A stretch of DNA of 64,000 nt. Origin: Auanema rhodensis. Its lineage: Eukaryota > Animalia > Nematoda. Of this stretch, positions 40,101 through 53,306 are shown one piece after another. The notes beneath the pieces were generated by a model. The model ran no database searches and was not told where the DNA came from. It saw only the letters and a program-made list of their open reading frames with translations. Numbering within the stretch: the stretch's first letter is position 1; each line of letters starts with the position of its first letter. The stretch lies in NCBI GenBank assembly GCA_964057225.1, contig OZ059900.1, forward strand, positions 25,234,001 through 25,298,000, in the 5' to 3' direction. The position numbers and the translations under genes were made by a program.

Positions 40101-43100
40101 GCTGAAATTCGTTGCATTTGACGACTCATATGAACAAAAATCGATTTTATCAATATTAGCCATAAGGGGCGTGCCCTCAGAATATGCTAATTTCCTTAAT
40201 TTTCTAACCCCTGTTTTTTTGTCGTGAAAGTGGAACTAGACGTTGTACGAACAGTTTTGAGCTAGGTTTCATTGACATTGCATGAGTTTGAACACATGAA
40301 ATCGTAAGTCAAAACCTTGTTTACAGCGAAATTTCCAAAAACTGGTTTTCCAGCATAATAAAATATTTCTCATGGGAAATACTGTGTTTTTGTATTTTTT
40401 CAGTGTTCAGCATGTAAAATGCTTCATTTTAGTATGTAACACGCTGAAATTCGTTGCATTTGACGACTCATATGAACAAAAATCGATTTAATCAATATTA
40501 GCCATAAGGGGCGTGCCCTCAGAATATGCTAATTTCCTTAATTTTCTAACCCCTGTTTTTTTGTCGTGAAAGTGGAACTAGACGTTGTACGAACAATTTT
40601 GAGCTAGGTTTCATTGACATTGCATGAGTTTGAACACATGCAATCGTAAGTCAAAACCTTGTTTACAGCGAAATTTCCAAAAACTGGTTTTCCAGCATAA
40701 TAAAATATTTCTCATGGGAAATACTGTGTTTTTGTATTTTTCTAGTGTTCAGCATGTAAAACGCTTCATTTTGATATGTAAAACGCTGAAATTCGTTGCA
40801 TTTGACGACTCATATGAACAAAAATCGATTTAATCAATATTAGCCATAAGGGGCGTGCCCTCAGAATATGCTAATTTCCTTAATTTTCTAACCCCTGTTT
40901 TTTTGTCGTGAAAGTGGAACTAGACGTTGTACGAACAATTTTGAGCTAAGTTTCATTGACATTGCATGAGTTTGAACACATGAAATCGTAAGTCAAAACC
41001 TTGTTTACAGCGAAATTTCCAAAAACTGGTTTTCCAGCATAATAAAATATTTCTCATGAGAAATACTGTGTTTTTGTATTTTTTTAATGTTCAGCATGTA
41101 AAACGCTTCATTTTGATATGTAAAACGCTGAAATTCGTTGCATTTGACGACTCATATGAACAAAAATCGATTTTATCAATATTAGCCATAAGGGGCGTGC
41201 CCTCAGAATATGCTAATTTCCTTAATTTTCTAACCCCTGTTTTTTTGTCGTGAAAGTGGAACTAGACGTTGTACGAACAGTTTTGAGCTAGGTTTCATTG
41301 ACATTGCATGAGTTTGAACACATGAAATCGTAAGTCAAAACCTTGTTTACAGCGAAATTTCCAAAAACTGGTTTTCCAGCATAATAAAATATTTCTCATG
41401 GGAAATACTGTGTTTTTGTATTTTTTCAGTGTTCAGCATGTAAAATGCTTCATTTTAGTATGTAACACGCTGAAATTCGTTGCATTTGACGACTCATATG
41501 AACAAAAATCGATTTAATCAATATTAGCCATAAGGGGCGTGCCCTCAGAATATGCTAATTTCCTTAATTTTCTAACCCCTGTTTTTTTGTCGTGAAAGTG
41601 GAACTAGACGTTGTACGAACAATTTTGAGCTAGGTTTCATTGACATTGCATGAGTTTGAACACATGCAATCGTAAGTCAAAATCTTGTTTACAGCGAAAT
41701 TTCCAAAAACTGGTTTTCCAGCATAATAAAATATTTCTCATGGGAAATACTGTGTTTTTGTATTTTTCTAGTGTTCAGCATGTAAAACGCTTCATTTTGA
41801 TATGTAAAACGCTGAAATTCGTTGCATTTGACGACTCATATGAACAAAAATCGATTTAATCAATATTAGCCATAAGGGGCGTGCCCTCAGAATATGCTAA
41901 TTTCCTTAATTTTCTAACCCCTGTTTTTTTGTCGTGAAAGTGGAACTAGACGTTGTACGAACAATTTTGAGCTAAGTTTCATTGACATTGCATGAGTTTG
42001 AACACATGAAATCGTAAGTCAAAACCTTGTTTACAGCGAAATTTCCAAAAACTGGTTTTCCAGCATAATAAAATATTTCTCATGAGAAATACTGTGTTTT
42101 TGTATTTTTTTAATGTTCAGCATGTAAAACGCTTCATTTTGATATGTAAAACGCTGAAATTCGTTGCATTTGACGACTCATATGAACAAAAATCGATTTT
42201 ATCAATATTAGCCATAAGGGGCGTGCCCTCAGAATATGCTAATTTCCTTAATTTTCTAACCCCTGTTTTTTTGTCGTGAAAGTGGAACTAGACGTTGTAC
42301 GAACAATTTTGAGCTAGGTTTCATTGACATTGCATGAGTTTGAACACATGAAATCGTAAGTCAAAACCTTGTTTACAGCGAAATTTCCAAAAACTGGTTT
42401 TCCAGCATAATACAATATTTCTCATGGGAAATACTGTGTTTTTATATTTTTCTAGTGTTCAGCATGTAAAATGCTTCATTTTAGTATGTAACACGCTGAA
42501 ATTCGTTGCATTTGACGACTCATATGAACAAAAATCGATTTTATCAATATTAGCCATAAGGGGCGTGCCCTCAGAATATGCTAATTTCCTTAATTTTCTA
42601 ACCCCTGTTTTTTTGTCGTGAAAGTGGAACTAGACGTTGTACGAACAGTTTTGAGCTAGGTTTCATTGACATTGCATGAGTTTGAACACATGAAATCGTA
42701 AGTCAAAACCTTGTTTACAGCGAAATTTCCAAAAACTGGTTTTCCAGCATAATAAAATATTTCTCATGGGAAATACTGTGTTTTTGTATTTTTTCAGTGT
42801 TCAGCATGTAAAATGCTTCATTTTAGTATGTAACACGCTGAAATTCGTTGCATTTGACGACTCATATGAACAAAAATCGATTTAATCAATATTAGCCATA
42901 AGGGGCGTGCCCTCAGAATATGCTAATTTCCTTAATTTTCTAACCCCTGTTTTTTTGTCGTGAAAGTGGAACTAGACGTTGTACGAACAATTTTGAGCTA
43001 GGTTTCATTGACATTGCATGAGTTTGAACACATGAAATCGTAAGTCAAAACCTTGTTTACAGCGAAATTTCCAAAAACTGGTTTTCCAGCATAATAAAAT

Positions 43101-46100
43101 ATTTCTCATGGGAAATACTGTGTTTTTGTATTTTTTTAGTGTTCAGCATGTAAAATGCGTCATTTTAGTATGTAAAACGCTGAAATTCGTTGCATTTGAC
43201 GACTCATATGAACAAAAATCGATTTTATCAATATTAGCCATAAGGGGCGTGCCCTCAGAATATGCTAATTTCCTTAATTTTCTAACCCCTGTTTTTTTGT
43301 CGTGAAAGTGGAACTAGACGTTGTACGAACAATTTTGAGCTAAGTTTCATTGACATTGCATGAGTTTGAACACATGAAATCGTAAGTCAAAACCTTGTTT
43401 ACAGCGAAATTTCCAAAAACTGGTTTTCCAGCATAATAAAATATTTCTCATGAGAAATACTGTGTTTTTGTATTTTTTTAATGTTCAGCATGTAAAATGC
43501 TTCATTTTGATATGTAAAACGCTGAAATTCGTTGCATTTGACGACTCATATGAACAAAAATCGATTTTATCAATATTAGCCATAAGGGGCGTGCCCTCAG
43601 AATATGCTAATTTCCTTAATTTTCTAACCCCTGTTTTTTTGTCGTGAAAGTGGAACTAGACGTTGTACGAACAATTTTGAGCTAGGTTTCATTGACATTG
43701 CATGAGTTTGAACACATGAAATCGTAAGTCAAAACCTTGTTTACAGCGAAATTTCCAAAAACTGGTTTTCCAGCATAATACAATATTTCTCATGGGAAAT
43801 ACTGTGTTTTTATATTTTTCTAGTGTTCAGCATGTAAAATGCTTCATTTTAGTATGTAAAACGCTGAAATTCGTTGCATTTGACGACTCATATGAACAAA
43901 AATCGATTTTATCAATATTAGCCATAAGGGGCGTGCCCTCAGAATATGCTAATTTCCTTAATTTTCTAACCCCTGTTTTTTTGTCGTGAAAGTGGAACTA
44001 GACGTTGTACGAACAATTTTGAGCTAAGTTTCATTGACATTGCATGAGTTTGAACACATGAAATCGTAAGTCAAAACCTTGTTTACAGCGAAATTTCCAA
44101 AAACTGGTTTTCCAGCATAATAAAATATTTCTCATGAGAAATACTGTGTTTTTGTATTTTTTTAATGTTCAGCATGTAAAATGCTTTATTTTGATATGTA
44201 AAACGCTGAAATTCGTTGCATTTGACGACTCATATGAACAAAAATCGATTTTATCAATATTAGCCATAAGGGGCGTGCCCTCAGAATATGCTAATTTCCT
44301 TAATTTTCTAACCCCTGTTTTTTTGTCGTGAAAGTGGAACTAGACGTTGTACGAACAATTTTGAGCTAGGTTTCATTGACATTGCATGAGTTTGAACACA
44401 TGAAATCGTAAGTCAAAACCTTGTTTACAGCGAAATTTCCAAAAACTGGTTTTCCAGCATAATACAATATTTCTCATGGGAAATACTGTGTTTTTATATT
44501 TTTCTAGTGTTCAGCATGTAAAATGCTTCATTTTAGTATGTAACACGCTGAAATTCGTTGCATTTGACGACTCATATGAACAAAAATCGATTTTATCAAT
44601 ATTAGCCATAAGGGGCGTGCCCTCAGAATATGCTAATTTCCTTAATTTTCTAACCCCTGTTTTTTTGTCGTGAAAGTGGAACTAGACGTTGTACGAACAG
44701 TTTTGAGCTAGGTTTCATTGACATTGCATGAGTTTGAACACATGAAATCGTAAGTCAAAACCTTGTTTACAGCGAAATTTCCAAAAACTGGTTTTCCAGC
44801 ATAATAAAATATTTCTCATGGGAAATACTGTGTTTTTGTATTTTTTCAGTGTTCAGCATGTAAAATGCTTCATTTTAGTATGTAACACGCTGAAATTCGT
44901 TGCATTTGACGACTCATATGAACAAAAATCGATTTAATCAATATTAGCCATAAGGGGCGTGCCCTCAGAATATGCTAATTTCCTTAATTTTCTAACCCCT
45001 GTTTTTTTGTCGTGAAAGTGGAACTAGACGTTGTACGAACAATTTTGAGCTAGGTTTCATTGACATTGCATGAGTTTGAACACATGCAATCGTAAGTCAA
45101 AACCTTGTTTACAGCGAAATTTCCAAAAACTGGTTTTCCAGCATAATAAAATATTTCTCATGGGAAATACTGTGTTTTTGTATTTTTTCAGTGTTCAGCA
45201 TGTAAAATGCTTCATTTTAGTATGTAACACGCTGAAATTCGTTGCATTTGACGACTCATATGAACAAAAATCGATTTAATCAATATTAGCCATAAGGGGC
45301 GTGCCCTCAGAATATGCTAATTTCCTTAATTTTCTAACCCCTGTTTTTTTGTCGTGAAAGTGGAACTAGACGTTGTACGAACAATTTTGAGCTAAGTTTC
45401 ATTAACATTGCATGAGTTTGAACACATGCAATCGTAAGTCAAAACCTTGTTTACAGCGAAATTTCCAAAAACTGGTTTTCCAGCATAATAAAATATTTCT
45501 CATGGGAAAAACTGTGTTTTTGTATTTTTCTAGTGTTCAGCATGTAAAACGCTTCATTTTGATATGTAAAACGCTGAAATTCGTTGCATTTGACGACTCA
45601 TATGAACAAAAATCGATTTAATCAATATTAGCCATAAGGGGCGTGCCCTCAGAATATGCTAATTTCCTTAATTTTCTAACCCCTGTTTTTTTGTCGTGAA
45701 AGTGGAACTAGACGTTGTACGAACAATTTTGAGCTAAGTTTCATTGACATTGCATGAGTTTGAACACATGAAATCGTAAGTCAAAACCTTGTTTACAGCG
45801 AAATTTCCAAAAACTGGTTTTCCAGCATAATAAAATATTTCTCATGAGAAATACTGTGTTTTTGTATTTTTTTAATGTTCAGCATGTAAAACGCTTCATT
45901 TTGATATGTAAAACGCTGAAATTCGTTGCATTTGACGACTCATATGAACAAAAATCGATTTTATCAATATTAGCCATAAGGGGCGTGCCCTCAGAATATG
46001 CTAATTTCCTTAATTTTCTAACCCCTGTTTTTTTGTCGTGAAAGTGGAACTAGACGTTGTACGAACAATTTTGAGCTAGGTTTCATTGACATTGCATGAG

Positions 46101-49100
46101 TTTGAACACATGAAATCGTAAGTCAAAACCTTGTTTACAGCGAAATTTCCAAAAACTGGTTTTCCAGCATAATACAATATTTCTCATGGGAAATACTGTG
46201 TTTTTATATTTTTCTAGTGTTCAGCATGTAAAATGCTTCATTTTAGTATGTAACACGCTGAAATTCGTTGCATTTGACGACTCATATGAACAAAAATCGA
46301 TTTTATCAATATTAGCCATAAGGGGCGTGCCCTCAGAATATGCTAATTTCCTTAATTTTCTAACCCCTGTTTTTTTGTCGTGAAAGTGGAACTAGACGTT
46401 GTACGAACAGTTTTGAGCTAGGTTTCATTGACATTGCATGAGTTTGAACACATGAAATCGTAAGTCAAAACCTTGTTTACAGCGAAATTTCCAAAAACTG
46501 GTTTTCCAGCATAATAAAATATTTCTCATGGGAAATACTGTGTTTTTGTATTTTTTCAGTGTTCAGCATGTAAAATGCTTCATTTTAGTATGTAACACGC
46601 TGAAATTCGTTGCATTTGACGACTCATATGAACAAAAATCGATTTAATCAATATTAGCCATAAGGGGCGTGCCCTCAGAATATGCTAATTTCCTTAATTT
46701 TCTAACCCCTGTTTTTTTGTCGTGAAAGTGGAACTAGACGTTGTACGAACAATTTTGAGCTAGGTTTCATTGACATTGCATGAGTTTGAACACATGAAAT
46801 CGTAAGTCAAAACCTTGTTTACAGCGAAATTTCCAAAAACTGGTTTTCCAGCATAATAAAATATTTCTCATGGGAAATACTGTGTTTTTGTATTTTTTTA
46901 GTGTTCAGCATGTAAAATGCGTCATTTTAGTATGTAAAACGCTGAAATTCGTTGCATTTGACGACTCATATGAACAAAAATCGATTTTATCAATATTAGC
47001 CATAAGGGGCGTGCCCTCAGAATATGCTAATTTCCTTAATTTTCTAACCCCTGTTTTTTTGTCGTGAAAGTGGAACTAGACGTTGTACGAACAATTTTGA
47101 GCTAAGTTTCATTGACATTGCATGAGTTTGAACACATGAAATCGTAAGTCAAAACCTTGTTTACAGCGAAATTTCCAAAAACTGGTTTTCCAGCATAATA
47201 AAATATTTCTCATGAGAAATACTGTGTTTTTGTATTTTTTTAATGTTCAGCATGTAAAATGCTTCATTTTGATATGTAAAACGCTGAAATTCGTTGCATT
47301 TGACGACTCATATGAACAAAAATCGATTTTATCAATATTAGCCATAAGGGGCGTGCCCTCAGAATATGCTAATTTCCTTAATTTTCTAACCCCTGTTTTT
47401 TTGTCGTGAAAGTGGAACTAGACGTTGTACGAACAATTTTGAGCTAGGTTTCATTGACATTGCATGAGTTTGAACACATGAAATCGTAAGTCAAAACCTT
47501 GTTTACAGCGAAATTTCCAAAAACTGGTTTTCCAGCATAATACAATATTTCTCATGGGAAATACTGTGTTTTTATATTTTTCTAGTGTTCAGCATGTAAA
47601 ATGCTCCATTTTAGTATGTAACACGCTGAAATTCGTTGCATTTGACGACTCATATGAACAAAAATCGATTTTATCAATATTAGCCATAAGGGGCGTGCCC
47701 TCAGAATATGCTAATTTCCTTAATTTTCTAACCCCTGTTTTTTTGTCGTGAAAGTGGAACTAGACGTTGTACGAACAGTTTTGAGCTAGGTTTCATTGAC
47801 ATTGCATGAGTTTGAACACATGAAATCGTAAGTCAAAACCTTGTTTACAGCGAAATTTCCAAAAACTGGTTTTCCAGCATAATAAAATATTTCTCATGGG
47901 AAATACTGTGTTTTTGTATTTTTTCAGTGTTCAGCATGTAAAATGCTTCATTTTAGTATGTAACACGCTGAAATTCGTTGCATTTGACGACTCATATGAA
48001 CAAAAATCGATTTAATCAATATTAGCCATAAGGGGCGTGCCCTCAGAATATGCTAATTTCCTTAATTTTCTAACCCCTGTTTTTTTGTCGTGAAAGTGGA
48101 ACTAGACGTTGTACGAACAATTTTGAGCTAGGTTTCATTGACATTGCATGAGTTTGAACACATGAAATCGTAAGTCAAAACCTTGTTTACAGCGAAATTT
48201 CCAAAAACTGGTTTTCCAGCATAATAAAATATTTCTCATGGGAAATACTGTGTTTTTGTATTTTTTTAGTGTTCAGCATGTAAAATGCGTCATTTTAGTA
48301 TGTAAAACGCTGAAATTCGTTGCATTTGACGACTCATATGAACAAAAATCGATTTTATCAATATTAGCCATAAGGGGCGTGCCCTCAGAATATGCTAATT
48401 TCCTTAATTTTCTAACCCCTGTTTTTTCGTCGTGAAAGTGGAACTAGACGTTGTACGAACAATTTTGAGCTAGGTTTCATTGACATTGCATGAGTTTGAA
48501 CACATGAAATCGTAAGTCAAAACCTTGTTTACAGCAAAATTTCCAAAAACTGGTTTTCCAGCATAATAAAATATTTCTCATGGGAAATACAGTGTTTTTG
48601 TATTTTTTTAGTGTTCAGCATGTAAAATGCTTTATTTTAATATGTAACACGCTGAAATTCGTTGCATTTGACGACTCATATGAACAAAAATCGATTTTAT
48701 CAATATTAGCCATAAGGGGCGTGCCCTCAGAATATGCTAATTTCCTTAATTTTCTAACCCCTGTTTTTTTGTCGTGAAAGTGGAACTAGACGTTGTACGA
48801 ACAATTTCGAGCTAAGTTTCATTGACATTGCATGAGTTTGAACACATGAAATCGTAAGTCAAAACCTTGTTTACAGCGAAATTTCCAAAAACTGGTTTTC
48901 CAGCATAATAAAATATTTCTCATGAGAAATACTGTGTTTTTGTATTTTTTTAATGTTCAGCATGTAAAATGCTTCATTTTGATATGTAAAACGCTGAAAT
49001 TCGTTGCATTTGACGACTCATATGAACAAAAATCGATTTTATCAATATTAGCCATAAGGGGCGTGCCCTCAGAATATGCTAATTTCCTTAATTTTCTAAC

Positions 49101-49886
49101 CCCTGTTTTTTTGTCGTGAAAGTGGAACTAGACGTTGTACGAACAATTTTGAGCTAGGTTTCATTGACATTGCATGAGTTTGAACACATGAAATCGTAAG
49201 TCAAAACCTTGTTTACAGCGAAATTTCCAAAAACTGGTTTTCCAGCATGATACAATATTTCTCATGGGAAATACTGTGTTTTTATATTTTTCTAGTGTTC
49301 AGCATGTAAAATGCTTCATTTTAGTATGTAACACGCTGAAATTCGTTGCATTTGACGACTCATATGAACAAAAATCGATTTTATCAATATTAGCCATAAG
49401 GGGCGTGCCCTCAGAATATGCTAATTTCCTTAATTTTCTAACCCCTGTTTTTTTGTCGTGAAAGTGGAACTAGACGTTGTACGAACAGTTTTGAGCTAGG
49501 TTTCATTGACATTGCATGAGTTTGAACACATGAAATCGTAAGTCAAAACCTTGTTTACAGCGAAATTTCCAAAAACTGGTTTTCCAGCATAATAAAATAT
49601 TTCTCATGGGAAATACTGTGTTTTTGTATTTTTTCAGTGTTCAGCATGTAAAATGCTTCATTTTAGTATGTAACACGCTGAAATTCGTTGCATTTGACGA
49701 CTCATATGAACAAAAATCGATTTAATCAATATTAGCCATAAGGGGCGTGCCCTCAGAATATGCTAATTTCCTTAATTTTCTAACCCCTGTTTTTTTGTCG
49801 TGAAAGTGGAACTAGACGTTGTACGAACAATTTTGAGCTAGGTTTCATTGACATTCCATGAGTTTGAACACATGAAATCGTAAGTC
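22186..49886 (+). repeat. Homogeneous core domain built on an R-N-C trimer with inserted V or H monomers (3/4/5-mer variants)
   Basis: R-N-C recurs many times (for example 23212, 25606, 27658, 30052, 31762, 35181, 37233, 39627, 42021, 44073, 45783, 47151, 48861). This is visible in the ORF track as MRNT.. followed by MGNT..SS..CNT and then a gap. Few private SNPs. Confidence 0.8.
33321..33330 (+). other. Single 1-bp deletion (341-bp monomer)
   Basis: CCATAGGGGC instead of CCATAAGGGGC. The array phase shifts by 1 downstream (ORF starts 32759 then 33784). It could be a consensus error. Confidence 0.75.
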
Positions 49887-52800
49887 AAAACCTTGTTTAC
49901 AGCGAAATTTCCAAAAACTGGTTTTCCAGCATAATAAAATATTTCTCATGGGAAATACTGTGTTTTTGTATTTTTCTAGTGTTCAGCATGTAAAATGCTT
50001 CATTTTAGTATGTAACACGCTGAAATTCGTTGCATTTGACGACTCATATGAACAAAAATCGATTTAATCAATATTAGCCATAAGGGGCGTGCCCTCAGAA
50101 TATGCTAATTTCCTTAATTTTCTAACCCCTGTTTTTTTGTCGTGAAAGTGGAACTAGACGTTGTACGAACAATTTTGAGCTAGGTTTCATTGACATTGCA
50201 TGAGTTTGAACACATGAAATCGTAAGTCAAAACCTTGTTTACAGCGAAATTTCCAAAAACTGGTTTTCCAGCATAATAAAATATTTCTCATGGGAAATAC
50301 TGTGTTTTTGTATTTTTCTAGTGTTCAGCATGTAAAATGCTTCATTTTAGTATGTAACATGCTGAAATTCGTTGCATTTGACGACTCATATGAACAAAAA
50401 TCGATTTAATCAATATTAGCCATAAGGGGCGTGCCCTCAGAATATGCTAATTTCCTTAATTTTCTAACCCCTGTTTTTTTGTCGTGAAAGTGGAACTAGA
50501 CGTTGTACGAACAATTTTGAGCTAGGTTTCATTGACATTGCATGAGTTTGAACACATGAAATCGTAAGTCAAAACCTTGTTTACAGCAAAATTTCCAAAA
50601 ACTGGTTTTCCAGCATAATAAAATATTTCTCATGGGAAATACAGTGTTTTTGTATTTTTTTAGTGTTCAGCATGTAAAATGCGTCATTTTAGTATGTAAA
50701 ACGCTGAAATTCCTTGCATTTGACGACTCATATGAACAAAAATCGATTTTATCAATATTAGCCATAAGGGGCGTGCCCTCAGAATATGCTAATTTCCTTA
50801 ATTTTCTAACCCCTGTTTTTTTGTCGTGAAAGTGGAACTAGACGTTGTACGAACAATTTTGAGCTAGGTTTCATTGACATTGCATGAGTTTGAACACATG
50901 AAATCGTAAGTCAAAACCTTGTTTACAGCGAAATTTCCAAAAACTGGTTTTCCAGCATAATAAATAATTTCTCAAGGAAAAAACTGTGTTTTCATATTTT
51001 TCAAGTGTTCAGCATGTAAAATGCTTCATTTTAGTATGTAACACGCTGAAATTCCTTGCATTTGACGACTCATATGAACAAAAATCGATTTAATCAATAT
51101 TAGCCATAAGGGGCGTGCCCTCAGAATTTGCTAATTTCCTTAATTTTCTAACCCCTGTTTTTTTGTCGTGAAAGTGGAACTAGACGTTGTACGAACAATT
51201 TTGAGCTAGGTTTCATTGACATTGCATGAGTTTGAACACATGAAATCGTAAGTCAAAACCTTGTTTACAGCGAAATTTCCAAAAACTGGTTTTCCAGCAT
51301 AATAAAATATTTCTCATGGGAAATACTGTGTTTTTGTATTTTTCTAGTGTTCAGCATGTAAAATGCTTCATTTTAGTATGTAACACGCTGAAATTTGTTG
51401 CATTTGACGACTCATATGAACAAAAATCGATTTAATCAATATTAGCCATAAGGGGCGTGCCCTCAGAATATGCTAATTTCCTTAATTTTCTAACCCCTGT
51501 TTTTTTGTCGTGAAAGTGGAACTAGACGTTGTACGAACAATTTTGAGCTAGGTTTCATTGACATTGCATGAGTTTGAACACATGAAATCGTAAGTCAAAA
51601 CCTTGTTTACAGCGAAATTTCCAAAAACTGGTTTTCCAGCATAATAAAATATTTCTCATGGGAAATACTGTGTTTTTGTATTTTTCTAGTGTTCAGCATG
51701 TAAAATGCTTCATTTTAGTATGTAACACGCTGAAATTTGTTGCATTTGACGACTCATATGAACAAAAATCGATTTAATCAATATTAGCCATAAGGGGCGT
51801 GCCCTCAGAATTTGCTAATTTCCTTAATTTTCTAACCCCTGTTTTTTTGTCGTGAAAGTGGAACTAGACGTTGTACGAACAATTTTGAGCTAGGTTTCAT
51901 TGACATTGCATGAGTTTGAACACATGAAATCGTAAGTCAAAACCTTGTTTACAGCGAAATTTCCAAAAACTGGTTTTCCAGCATAATAAAATATTTCTCA
52001 TGGGAAATACTGTGTTTTTGTATTTTTCTAGTGTTCAGCATGTAAAATGCTTCATTTTAGTATGTAACACGCTGAAATTTGTTGCATTTGACGACTCATA
52101 TGAACAAAAATCGATTTAATCAATATTAGCCATAAGGGGCGTGCCCTCAGAATTTGCTAATTTCCTTAATTTTCTAACCCCTGTTTTTTTGTCGTGAAAG
52201 TGGAACTAGACGTTGTACGAACAATTTTGAGCTAGGTTTCATTGACATTGCATGAGTTTGAACACATGAAATCGTAAGTCAAAACCTTGTTTACAGCGAA
52301 ATTTCCAAAAACAGGTTTTCCAGCATAATAAAATATTTCTCATGGGAAATACTGTGTTTTTGTATTTTTCTAGTGTTCAGCATGTAAAATGCTTCATTTT
52401 AGTATGTAACACGCTGAAATTTGTTGCATTTGACGACTCATATGAACAAAAATCGATTTAATCAATATTAGCCATAAGGGGCGTGCCCTCAGAATATGCT
52501 AATTTCCTTAATTTTCTAACCCCTGTTTTTTTGTCGTGAAAGTGGAACTAGACGTTGTACGAACAATTTTGAGCTAGGTTTTCTTGACATTGCATGAGTT
52601 TGAACACATGAAATCGTAAGTCAAAACCTTGTTTACAGCGAAATTTCCAAAAACTGGTTTTCCAGCATAATACAATATTTCTCATGGGAAATACTGTGTT
52701 TTTGTATTTTTCTAGTGTTCAGAATGTAGAATGCTTCATTTTAGTATGTAACACGCTGAAATTCGTTGCATTTGACGACTCATATGAACAAAAATCGATT

Positions 52801-53306
52801 TAATCAATATTAGCCATAAGGGGCGTGCCCTCAGAATATGCTAATTTCCTTAATTTTCTAACCCCTGTTTTTTTGTCGTGAAAGTGGAACTAGACGTTGT
52901 ACGAACAATTTTGAGCTAGGTTTCATTGACATTGCATGAGTTTGAACACATGAAATCGTAAGTCAAAACCTTGTTTACAGCAAAATTTCCAAAAACTGGT
53001 TTTCCAGCATAATAAAATATTTCTCATGGGAAATACAGTGTTTTTGTATTTTTTTAGTGTTCAGCATGTAAAATGCGTCATTTTAGTATGTAAAACGCTG
53101 AAATTCGTTGCATTTGACGACTCATATGAACAAAAATCGATTTTATCAATATTAGCCATAAGGGGCGTGCCCTCAGAATATGCTAATTTCCTTAATTTTC
53201 TAACCCCTGTTTTTTTGTCGTGAAAATGGAACTAGACGTTGTACGAACAATTTTGAGCTAGGTTTCATTGACATTGCATGAGTTTGAACACATGAAATCG
53301 TAAGTC

